Assembly (NCBI GenBank): GCA_964471595.1
Contig: CAYYGN010000006.1
Location: 26,494-90,493 of the forward strand
From: an uncultured Saprospiraceae bacterium
GTDB lineage: Bacteria; Bacteroidota; Bacteroidia; Chitinophagales; Saprospiraceae
Direction: 5' to 3'
Length of the DNA: 64,000 nt
The notes under the pieces were generated by a model. It had not been told where the DNA came from. It was given only the letters and a program-made list of their open reading frames with translations, and ran no database searches. A program made the position numbers and the translations under genes. The number at the start of each line of letters is the position of its first letter. Positions within the stretch are counted from its first letter, which is position 1. Below are positions 8,474 through 16,325 of this stretch, piece by piece.

Positions 8474-8719
8474 GGCCGAGGTGTTTAGGCGAACCGAAAA
8501 TAGGGAATGGCGATCAATTCCCCGTGAAAATGTCACGAATGGCTCGCATTCGGCCATTTATTTGATATCAGAGACCAAGGTTACCCCTCAAACGATCGCC
8601 ACGGATATCCGGGTCAACAGGGCATGGCAGCCGGCAAAAACGGGCGCAGACAGGGAAATCCGGAAGCGGCATGTGTCGAGTCACTCAGCAGGAAAATGGA
8701 TTTTTTCGGGCACCGGGCA

Positions 8720-8751
8720 TTGACATATTCCCCGTCGGGGTATTATATTTG
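8720..8751 (+). promoter_or_regulatory. Candidate Bacteroidota sigma-A type promoter (-33 TTG / -7 TAnnTTTG) for the 8790 gene
   Basis: TTGACA lies at 8720-8725 and TATATTTG at 8744-8751, about 38 nt upstream of the ATG at 8790. It matches the published TTG/TAnnTTTG consensus for Bacteroidetes. This is sequence-only evidence. Confidence 0.3.
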
Positions 8752-8789
8752 ACTATACTATTTCTTTACCCTTCCTCAAAGCAACCCCC

Positions 8790-10178
8790 ATGCAAAATTT
8801 GACTACCGGAATTTCCCGTTTGCTGACGTTGGTTTTGGTGTGCGCCATCGGGTGGACAGCCCGCGCCCAATCCAATGATTGTCCTGTGCCCGTCATTGTC
8901 AATGAAATGATGCCGGCGCCGGTGGGTTTCGAGATCCTGGATCTCCAGAACAACGCCCTTCTCCTGGTGGACGAAGGCGGTCAGCCGTCGGCATGCAACC
9001 TTACGCCCGGCCAAACTTACAGGATGCGGGTTTTCCGAAGTGGCCATGACGCCACCGACGTCACGACCTATGACATTCTTAGTCTGGTGCGCCGGATGGC
9101 CGGTCATGGAGGCATGGAGGAACGCGACCGGCAGATGGCCGGCGATTTCAACGCTTCCGGAAGTGCCAGCATGGCGGATGCGTTGGCCATGCGTCATCAG
9201 ATCCTGCATCCACCGCTTGCCTTGCCCGAAGGCCTTCGCACCTGGTCCTTCGCCGATGCAGAAGTGGTGGAAAGTGGCAAATCCTTTCCGCAGAATGGCA
9301 CATTCACCTACAGCGGACCCGGCCAGGAAGTGCCTTTCTACGCCATCAAAAGGGGTCGCACGCGGCCATCTGCCTTCGACTACGACCAAATGGTCATTCA
9401 GGATACCTTGTTCTTCGAGGTCAGCGATTTCCCTGTTAGCAAGGGCGAAGTGTTCGAGGTTGGGCTTCGGGCCTCAGCCCTGCCTCCTTTGACAGGCTTG
9501 CAACTGGCCCTTGTTTCGCCAGGAGATGTCGTTCGTTTCCTTGATCCGGATCCCGGGCAACCCCTTCCGCCGCACGGCCATTTTGTCGGCGACCGCAGCA
9601 TCAACGGCGGCCGTTTGACTTTTTCCTGGATGTGGCCGAATGTGCTGTTGCCGGGAGGGCTCAGCCTGGCGGACGGGCAGGACATGTTGCGCGTTCGTTT
9701 CCGGGCCCGAAAGGACGGGATGGTCCACGATGCCTTTGCCACTGACCCCGCTTTCATGCGGGCGGAGGCGTATGACGACCAGGACAGGTTTTATCACCTT
9801 GCCCTGAAGTTTGTTCCCGCCCCCTATGAGGGGCCTGATTTCCCGCAGGAACAAGACGGAGAAACAACCGGGGAGGGGCAGTTTCTGCCCCCTGAGCAAG
9901 CCGCGAATACCCGTTATGACGGCGTGTCCGGCATACGGGTATGGCCGCATCCGGTCAACGAAGACACGCAGATCCGGTTTGAACTGGAGGAGGCAGGCCC
10001 GGTGGTGATTTTCCTTCGCGATTTGGCCGGACGTGTGGTTGGCGAGCGGCGATTGGCATCCGCAGGCAAAGGACCCCATCAGGTAGCCATTCCCGAGGCG
10101 GGAAGCTGGATGCCTGGGGTGTATACGATGGAACTCCGGTCACCGGGGGGTGTGCAGACCCTTTTGTTGGTCAGATGA
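8790..10178 (+). CDS. Secreted protein with a T9SS (Por) C-terminal sorting domain and possible dockerin-like and cohesin-like segments
   Basis: Signal peptide MQNLTTGISRLLTLVLVCAIGWTARAQ. The C-terminal ~80 aa (VWPHPVNEDTQIRFELEEAG...GVYTMELRSPGGVQTLLLVR) has the typical T9SS CTD pattern. GDFNASGSASMADALAMRHQIL resembles a dockerin EF-hand half-repeat. GEVFEVGLRASALPPLTGLQLAL is cohesin-like. Confidence 0.75.
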   Translation: MQNLTTGISRLLTLVLVCAIGWTARAQSNDCPVPVIVNEMMPAPVGFEILDLQNNALLLVDEGGQPSACNLTPGQTYRMRVFRSGHDATDVTTYDILSLVRRMAGHGGMEERDRQMAGDFNASGSASMADALAMRHQILHPPLALPEGLRTWSFADAEVVESGKSFPQNGTFTYSGPGQEVPFYAIKRGRTRPSAFDYDQMVIQDTLFFEVSDFPVSKGEVFEVGLRASALPPLTGLQLALVSPGDVVRFLDPDPGQPLPPHGHFVGDRSINGGRLTFSWMWPNVLLPGGLSLADGQDMLRVRFRARKDGMVHDAFATDPAFMRAEAYDDQDRFYHLALKFVPAPYEGPDFPQEQDGETTGEGQFLPPEQAANTRYDGVSGIRVWPHPVNEDTQIRFELEEAGPVVIFLRDLAGRVVGERRLASAGKGPHQVAIPEAGSWMPGVYTMELRSPGGVQTLLLVR

Positions 10179-10203
10179 TCCGAAGGGCGCCATCCGCGGC
10201 CTG

Positions 10204-10719
10204 TCAGCCGATGATGTGCCGTTTTTCCGATTCCGGATCATACAGGATATCGAAATCCGTCCCGTTCCAAATGGCCTCGGCAGCGGCGAGACGGGTCGTG
10301 TCACCCTGATTCCACGAGGTCCCGGGCAGGTCTTCGATCAGGTCTTCCAGCCATACCCATTCCCCGACCGGCAGGCCGGGCGGGATCAGATAAGCGGCAA
10401 AGGGAGAAGGGAAAGTGTAGGGATAGTACATCGTCCAGGGAATGACACAGACCCAGGCTTCAGGGTCCATGTGGCGTTCCAACCGGTAGTCGGCGATCAC
10501 TTCCACCCTGCCGGTCGATTTGTGTTGGTAAACACAGTATTTGGACCGGATCCCCGCTGCGGGGTTCACGGGTTTGACCAGCGGCCGGAAGCCTTCTTCG
10601 ATAGCCGCCCTGATGGCTTCTTCCGTTCGCGCGGTCCTGATCACCACCAGGTCTTCGCGTTGCTTTCTATCCGGCCACATACCCTGAAAATCGCATGGTG
10701 ATGGCGGGATGGTCGGCAT
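10204..10719 (-). CDS. Hypothetical protein (no family recognised)
   Basis: 171 aa ORF with ordinary protein composition. The opposite-strand ORF 10150..10701 is R/G/P-rich, typical of a shadow frame. An alternative start is MWPDRK at 10680. Confidence 0.45.
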   Translation of the reverse strand: MPTIPPSPCDFQGMWPDRKQREDLVVIRTARTEEAIRAAIEEGFRPLVKPVNPAAGIRSKYCVYQHKSTGRVEVIADYRLERHMDPEAWVCVIPWTMYYPYTFPSPFAAYLIPPGLPVGEWVWLEDLIEDLPGTSWNQGDTTRLAAAEAIWNGTDFDILYDPESEKRHIIG

Positions 10720-10951
10720 CTACCGCCAGACAGGTGTCCGGCTCTTCCCGGATGACAAGGCCGAGCGATGCCGCCTCCATGGCACGGGTATCCTTGACCG
10801 GGTGCCGGCACTGGTGGCATGCCATGACCCCGGGTCGGCTTTCATCGGCTTGCAGCGCTTCCAGACCGACCCCGTAGGGACAGTGAAGTTGCCGTCCGAT
10901 GTCATCGTTCGGCGCAAAGAGACGCCGGCGAAAGAGGTCCAGTTCGAGCAT
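10667..10951 (-). CDS. Hypothetical small protein with a four-Cys/His cluster (HCPYG...CHQCRH)
   Basis: 94 aa ORF whose 3' end overlaps the start of 10204..10719 in another frame, which suggests translational coupling. No family recognised. Confidence 0.35.
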   Translation of the reverse strand: MLELDLFRRRLFAPNDDIGRQLHCPYGVGLEALQADESRPGVMACHQCRHPVKDTRAMEAASLGLVIREEPDTCLAVDADHPAITMRFSGYVAG

Positions 10952-11014
10952 GGTACTAACTTATTCACTTCCCGGGGCACGAGGGTATAGCCCGTTACGA
11001 TCGGGAAAGTCCCG

Positions 11015-12301
11015 TCAACGGTCATTGACCTTTCGGGTCACCAGTATCTTGTCTATGCGGGGCCCGTCTTTGTCCACCACCTCGATCCGGTATTCGCCCA
11101 CTGTGACGAATTCGCCCACTTTGGGCAGGCCGTTGCGCAGGTGGATGACCCATCCGGCGACGGTCGTGAACGACATGGCGGGATCCAGCACGAAATCCAT
11201 GTCAAAATACTTCAGGAATTCCAATACGGGGTACTGCCCGTCCACCAGCCAACTGTTTTCATCGCGGGCCAGGATCTGGTATTCCTCCTGGTAGATCTCC
11301 GTGGCGGAGCCCACGAGGGCGTCGAGAAAATCGTCCATGGTGACGATGCCCTGGGTCGTGCCGTATTCGTCCACCACGATGGCGTAGTGGTTGCGTGTCA
11401 GTTTGAATTCTTCCAATACCCGGTAGGCGCTGGCGGTCTCGTTGACATAAAGGGGTTGGCGCAAAATGTCCTTGAGTTCCTTGGTCACCCACAGGTCGGG
11501 ATCGAACAGGTCTTTGATGAGTACCACCCCCGTGATACGGTCGATCTGGTGATCTTCGCACACCGGGTAGGCGGAATGTTTTTCTGCGTTGATTTTGGCG
11601 AAGACCGTCTGGCGGTCGTCCTTGAGGTCGAAAAAAACGAGGTCGCTGCGATGGGTGAGGAGGGAGTTGATCTTGCGGTCACCCAGTTCGAAGACCCGTT
11701 CCACCATGTTCTGTTCGACATCTCTGATCTCGCCACCGGCGGCGCTCTCGCGCACCAGAGATTTGATCTCTTCTTCCGTCACCTGGCTCTTCTGGATCCG
11801 ATGGATGCCGAATACGCGGAGCAGGGCATTATTGGACACGGAGAGCAACCAGACGAACGGGGTGGTGATGCGTGACATGGCGTTCATGAAGGGGGAGGTC
11901 GCGATGGCGATCGCCTCCGGAAAGGTCATCCCCAGTCGCTTGGGGAAAAGCTCTCCCAGAACGATGGACAGGTAGGTGATGGCGATGACGATCATGCCTA
12001 CGGCCAGTTGATGGGCAAACGGGCGCAATGCGGTCCAACCGGACAGCCATTCGACGAGGTCAACGGTAAGGGCCTCGCCGCTGTATACGCCGAGGAGGAT
12101 ACCGATGAGGGTAATGCCGATCTGGACGGTAGAGAGAAATCGGGTCGGGTCGTCGGAAAGGCGTATGGCGGTGCGGGCGCCGCCACTCCCCTTTTTAGCA
12201 GATTGTTCCAGACGGTACCGGCGGGCGGACACGAGGGCCAGCTCGGCCATCGAAAAGAGGCCGTTGAGCAGGATGAGACCCAGGATGATCAAAATTTCCA
12301 T
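11015..12301 (-). CDS. CNNM/DUF21-CBS-CorC_HlyC family transporter-associated protein (hemolysin C / CorC family)
   Basis: The N-terminus MEILIILGLILLNGLFSMAELALVSARR is the DUF21 signature. A CBS pair lies in the middle. The C-terminus (GEYRIEVVDKDGPRIDKILV) is the CorC_HlyC domain. Confidence 0.9.
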   Translation of the reverse strand: MEILIILGLILLNGLFSMAELALVSARRYRLEQSAKKGSGGARTAIRLSDDPTRFLSTVQIGITLIGILLGVYSGEALTVDLVEWLSGWTALRPFAHQLAVGMIVIAITYLSIVLGELFPKRLGMTFPEAIAIATSPFMNAMSRITTPFVWLLSVSNNALLRVFGIHRIQKSQVTEEEIKSLVRESAAGGEIRDVEQNMVERVFELGDRKINSLLTHRSDLVFFDLKDDRQTVFAKINAEKHSAYPVCEDHQIDRITGVVLIKDLFDPDLWVTKELKDILRQPLYVNETASAYRVLEEFKLTRNHYAIVVDEYGTTQGIVTMDDFLDALVGSATEIYQEEYQILARDENSWLVDGQYPVLEFLKYFDMDFVLDPAMSFTTVAGWVIHLRNGLPKVGEFVTVGEYRIEVVDKDGPRIDKILVTRKVNDR

Positions 12302-12349
12302 AGGGAAGGAGAGGGTTAAGGTAGCGCATATCCGTCATTCCGGAACGCC

Positions 12350-12379
12350 AAAAAAAATCCCCGCCACCAGGGACGGGGA
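12350..12379 (-). terminator. Rho-independent terminator downstream of the HtrA-like gene
   Basis: On the minus strand TCCCCG-tccctggtgg-CGGGGA is followed by a run of 8 T. On the plus strand this is the A-run at 12350-12357 and the hairpin at 12358-12379. Confidence 0.55.
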
Positions 12380-12421
12380 CCTCAAACGAAAAACCGACAA
12401 GAAACAACCCAACGCAGCGGT

Positions 12422-13621
12422 TTACCGCATGGTGACGGAAACGCGCTGGTATTTTCCTTCGCGAAAGACCTGGAGGCGCAAGACGTCACCCGGTCGCACC
12501 TGGCCGGCCTGTTCCTGGAGCTCGGGGAAGCTGCGGACCTTGTTGCCGTTGATTTCAACGATGACGTCAAACGGTTTCAGTCCGGCCAGTTCGGCGGGAC
12601 CGCCTTCTTCGACATATTCCACGACCAGGCCCTGGGAAAAAGGGAGACCGAGCTCGGTGGCCAGTTCGCCGTCCAGTTCGACGACGCTGAGGCCCATTTT
12701 GGCCCGTTGGGAATATCCGTAGGTGATGATGTCTTCGACGATGCGCTTCATCATGTTGACGGGGATGGCAAACGAGTATCCCGAATAATACCCGGTCGGG
12801 GTGGCGATGGCGGTATTGATGCCGAGCAGGCGGCCCTGCATGTCCACGAGGGCGCCTCCGCTGTTGCCGGGGTTGACGGCGGCGTCGGTCTGGATGAAGG
12901 CTTCAATGGCGTCACCGGCGCTGATCACGTCGATTTTGCGCCCTTTGGCGCTGATAATGCCGGCGGTGACGGTAGAGGAGAGGTTGAAGGGGTTGCCGAC
13001 GGCCAAAACCCATTCGCCGACGCGCGCAAGGTCGGAATCGGCGGGTTTCAGGGTAGGCAGGGCGCTGGCCTCGATCTTGAGGACGGCGATATCCGTTTTC
13101 GGGTCGGTGCCCACAATCTGGGCGCGAAATTTCCGGTTGTCGTGCAGGGTCACCTCGATGACATCGGCAAATTCGATCACATGGTTATTGGTGACGATAT
13201 AGCCTTCCGGATCGAAAATGACGCCGGATCCGGCCCCTTCCTTGCGGCGGAATCCCTGGCCGCTGTGCGGAAACCCGAAGAAGAAATCATCGCCGAAAAG
13301 GCTCCATGGATTCTGGCGCTGCCGTTGGTAGCGCTGCCGGGCCATCTGGTCGGATTCGGCGGCGCGGATGTGGACGACGGCCGGCATGGCGGCCGTGGCG
13401 GCAAGAACAAAGTCCTGGCTGGCCGCGTTACGGGCGGGAAGAGCGTTAACCCATTGACCATATACCGGGGATTCCGGCGGACCGGTTTCGGCAAAAAAAC
13501 GGGCGCCGGCAAGGGCGATCGCACCGCCGGCCAAGCCGGCAAACAGATAAGGAAACCAGCGGTTGGCAGCGTTTGTCATTGGCCCGGGTGTATGGAGTGA
13601 TGCTTCGATTTGGAACGCCAC
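12422..13621 (-). CDS. htrA: HtrA/DegP/DegQ-family trypsin-like serine protease with a PDZ domain
   Basis: Catalytic triad contexts TNNHV (His), DIAVLKI (Asp) and GNSGGALV (Ser). C-terminal PDZ (GLVVEYVEEGGPAELAGLKPFDVIVEING). An alternative start is MTNAANRW at 13579. Confidence 0.9.
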   Translation of the reverse strand: MAFQIEASLHTPGPMTNAANRWFPYLFAGLAGGAIALAGARFFAETGPPESPVYGQWVNALPARNAASQDFVLAATAAMPAVVHIRAAESDQMARQRYQRQRQNPWSLFGDDFFFGFPHSGQGFRRKEGAGSGVIFDPEGYIVTNNHVIEFADVIEVTLHDNRKFRAQIVGTDPKTDIAVLKIEASALPTLKPADSDLARVGEWVLAVGNPFNLSSTVTAGIISAKGRKIDVISAGDAIEAFIQTDAAVNPGNSGGALVDMQGRLLGINTAIATPTGYYSGYSFAIPVNMMKRIVEDIITYGYSQRAKMGLSVVELDGELATELGLPFSQGLVVEYVEEGGPAELAGLKPFDVIVEINGNKVRSFPELQEQAGQVRPGDVLRLQVFREGKYQRVSVTMR

Positions 13622-13673
13622 GAGAATTTTCTTCCGATGGGCGTCGTTCTTTTTAACAGGAAATTAACAGCGC

Positions 13674-14255
13674 ATGTCCCATCCCGCCCCGGAGGCGATT
13701 TTGACTCCGGAAAATGCCCTGGAGCGAAGCCTGCTCGCTCATCCCGAATTCCGCCAGGGCCTCTTTTGGGGCACACCCCGCACCGGCCATCCCGAAGGAC
13801 CGGTCCTCTACCATATCCGCGAAGTGTTGGACAACATTGACGCCATGGTCCTGCCTCCCGACGACCGCCGATTGCTGCGCTGGGTGGCCTATGCCCATGA
13901 CACCTTCAAATATCGCGAGGAAGCCCTGCGCCACCGTCAGGTCCGTATTCACCACGGCCAGATTGCCGCCATTTTTCTCAGCGGCTTTTCCGTACCCGAC
14001 TCACTCATTCAGCTCGTCCATTGGCATGACGAAGCCTACTATGCCTGGCGGATGCACCTCCGTGGGGAGGGTGCGGCAGCTACCGGTCGCCTGCACCGCC
14101 TTTACAACCGCCTGCGTCCGGTTTGGGATCTGTTCCTCTCGTTTTTTCAGGCCGACACGCTCACGGGCGACAAGAACCCCGAACCTCTCCGATGGCTGGC
14201 CGAGCAACGCGTGCATGCGGCCCATGTCCTCGAAGAAAACCGGCAAAACGCCTGA
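13674..14255 (+). CDS. Hypothetical protein, possibly HD-superfamily phosphohydrolase-like
   Basis: 193 aa. The H...HD pattern (GHPEGPVLYHIREVL ... VAYAHDTFKY) suggests an HD fold. The assignment is weak. The overlapping frame 13714..14289 looks less protein-like. Confidence 0.45.
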   Translation: MSHPAPEAILTPENALERSLLAHPEFRQGLFWGTPRTGHPEGPVLYHIREVLDNIDAMVLPPDDRRLLRWVAYAHDTFKYREEALRHRQVRIHHGQIAAIFLSGFSVPDSLIQLVHWHDEAYYAWRMHLRGEGAAATGRLHRLYNRLRPVWDLFLSFFQADTLTGDKNPEPLRWLAEQRVHAAHVLEENRQNA

Positions 14256-14292
14256 TCAACAACCCGCTCGGGAGCTTTGGGTACGGTAGGGC

Positions 14293-15903
14293 TCATTCCT
14301 CCCCGCCGGCCTCTGAAGGCAGCACCCCGTCCACCCGGATACGCTCCTCCCGGTTGGCCAGTTCCCAGGCGAGATGGAACACCAGGCGGGCCACTTTTTC
14401 CGTGCGGTCAAAATCAATCTTGTCCAGGGTGTCCGAAGGACGGTGATAATCCTCGTGCACCCCGCTGAAATAAAAAATGGCCGGGATCCCCTTGAGGACA
14501 AAATTGTAGTGATCGGAACGGTAGTAATACCGGTTGGGATCCGCTTCGTCATTATAGGTATAATCCAGCTCAAGCCCCGCGTGATCCCGGTTGACCTCCT
14601 CGCTGATGCGATGGAGGTCCGAACTCAGTTTGTCGGCGCCGATCACATAAATGTAGGCCGGGTTGTCCTTGTGTTTTTTGTCAGTGCGGCCCACCATGTC
14701 CACATTGATGTTGACCATGGTATTCTCCAGGGGGAATACCGGATTTTCGACATAAAATTTGGAGCCCAGCAAGCCTTTCTCCTCTCCGGTGACGAACAGG
14801 AAAAGTACGCTGCGTCGGGGCCCCATCCCTTTCTTCGCGGCCAGGGAAAGTGCCTGGGCCACCTCAAGCAGGCAGGCGGTCCCGGAGCCGTTGTCATCTG
14901 CTCCGAAAAAAATGTCGTCTCCCCGGCGGCCGAGGTGGTCGAAATGGGCAGTGAGGACCACGATTTCGTTTTTGAGAACGGGATCGGCACCTTCAACAAA
15001 TCCCAGGACGTTGTACCCGTAGGTGACTACATCGCGTCTTTTGGCGGTCAGTTCCCAATCAACGGGGCAGGACACGGGCGACGGCTTCCTGCCCTTGTTG
15101 ATCCGGTCGCGCTGACGGATGACTTCCTCATAAGCGGACCCCATCAGCGCACGGGCAGTCTGGGAGGAAAGGATGGCGAGGGAAGGCCAGTTGCCCTCCG
15201 GTGGTGTGCCGAGGGTGATGTTGGGGCCAACGGAAAATCGCCGGACCTGGTTGGCCAGCTTCTGGTAATCGGAGGCGATGAGGAAGACCGTTTTGACGCC
15301 CTTTTCCCGGGCGACTTCCATTTTTTTCATCCAGTTGCCGCTCCATTCGCCGGGCTCGGTCGTGCCGGTCAGCCGGTAGCGGCCTTTTTCGTTGACGGGT
15401 TCGCCGGCATAAATGAGGATGGCTTTGCCGCGGACATCCTCCCGGTAATCGGAATAGGCGGGATCATCAATGCCGTAACCGAGGAAAACGACGTCTTCTC
15501 CGGCGGTGACGGGGTTGGCGGCCCGCACGGATTTCATGCAGAGGAAATCCCAGAGGTGGCGATATTCCTGGGTGTCGATGCGCAGCCGGACATCTTCCCA
15601 ATCGGTGCGGGTGAACTGCACATCCTGAAACCAGGAGCCGTCCGGCCGGTGGGGCGGGATGCCGAAGCCGTGCAACTGGCCGGCGAGAAATTGGGCGGCC
15701 ATGTCGTTGCCGGGTGTGCCCGTCTCCCGTCCTTCAAGGGTTTCGCTGGCGAGGACAGAGAGGTACATCCTAAGGTCCTGGGCCGTGATGCTGGAAGCAA
15801 AATCCTCGCGGGTGTAGCGTTCGTTCTGGGCGTTCAGCCACCAAGGGAGGGCCGACAGCAGGGCGACGGCGCATAAAGCGTGGAAACGGTGATTCACGGG
15901 CAC
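14293..15903 (-). CDS. M28 family metallopeptidase with a PA domain
   Basis: Signal peptide. Zn-ligand contexts VLTAHFDHLG, ADDNGSGTACLLE and VTGEEKGLLGSKFY. Confidence 0.85.
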   Translation of the reverse strand: MPVNHRFHALCAVALLSALPWWLNAQNERYTREDFASSITAQDLRMYLSVLASETLEGRETGTPGNDMAAQFLAGQLHGFGIPPHRPDGSWFQDVQFTRTDWEDVRLRIDTQEYRHLWDFLCMKSVRAANPVTAGEDVVFLGYGIDDPAYSDYREDVRGKAILIYAGEPVNEKGRYRLTGTTEPGEWSGNWMKKMEVAREKGVKTVFLIASDYQKLANQVRRFSVGPNITLGTPPEGNWPSLAILSSQTARALMGSAYEEVIRQRDRINKGRKPSPVSCPVDWELTAKRRDVVTYGYNVLGFVEGADPVLKNEIVVLTAHFDHLGRRGDDIFFGADDNGSGTACLLEVAQALSLAAKKGMGPRRSVLFLFVTGEEKGLLGSKFYVENPVFPLENTMVNINVDMVGRTDKKHKDNPAYIYVIGADKLSSDLHRISEEVNRDHAGLELDYTYNDEADPNRYYYRSDHYNFVLKGIPAIFYFSGVHEDYHRPSDTLDKIDFDRTEKVARLVFHLAWELANREERIRVDGVLPSEAGGEE

Positions 15904-16325
15904 GGAATTTTGTCCACCCGGCGGGTATGACGCCCGCCATCGAAGGGGGTGGTCAGAAAGGTATTGACCATGGCGCGAGCCCGTCGCAGGGAGACAAATC
16001 GAGCGGGGATAGCGATGACGTTGGCATTGTTGTGGGCGCGGGCCAGGGCGGCGAGTTCGACGGTCCAGGTGAGGGCGGCCCGGATACCGGCGTGTTTGTT
16101 GGCCGCCATGGCCACGCCGTTGCCACTGCCGCAGATCACAATGCCCAGTTCGGCCTGACCACCGGCCACCAGCCGGGCCACGGCATGGGCAAAATCCGGA
16201 TAGTCCACCGAGTCGGGGCCGCGGGTCCCCTGGTCGAGGACGCGGTGGCCCTGCTGCTCCAGCATGCGGATGAGGGAGGACCGGTAGGTATATCCGGCGT
16301 GGTCACATCCGATGGCGATGGTCAT
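15894..16325 (-). CDS. rpiB: Ribose-5-phosphate isomerase B
   Basis: MTIAIGCDHAGY...DYPDFAHAVA...GIVICGSGNGVAMAANKHAGIRAAL...HNNANVIAIPARF is the classic RpiB/LacAB signature. Confidence 0.9.
   Translation of the reverse strand: MTIAIGCDHAGYTYRSSLIRMLEQQGHRVLDQGTRGPDSVDYPDFAHAVARLVAGGQAELGIVICGSGNGVAMAANKHAGIRAALTWTVELAALARAHNNANVIAIPARFVSLRRARAMVNTFLTTPFDGGRHTRRVDKIPCP

Noticed and set aside
13714-14289. Alternative 191-aa frame overlapping 13674..14255
   Set aside because: It is Ser/Pro/Arg/Cys-rich and not protein-like. The 13674 frame has balanced composition and an H...HD pattern.
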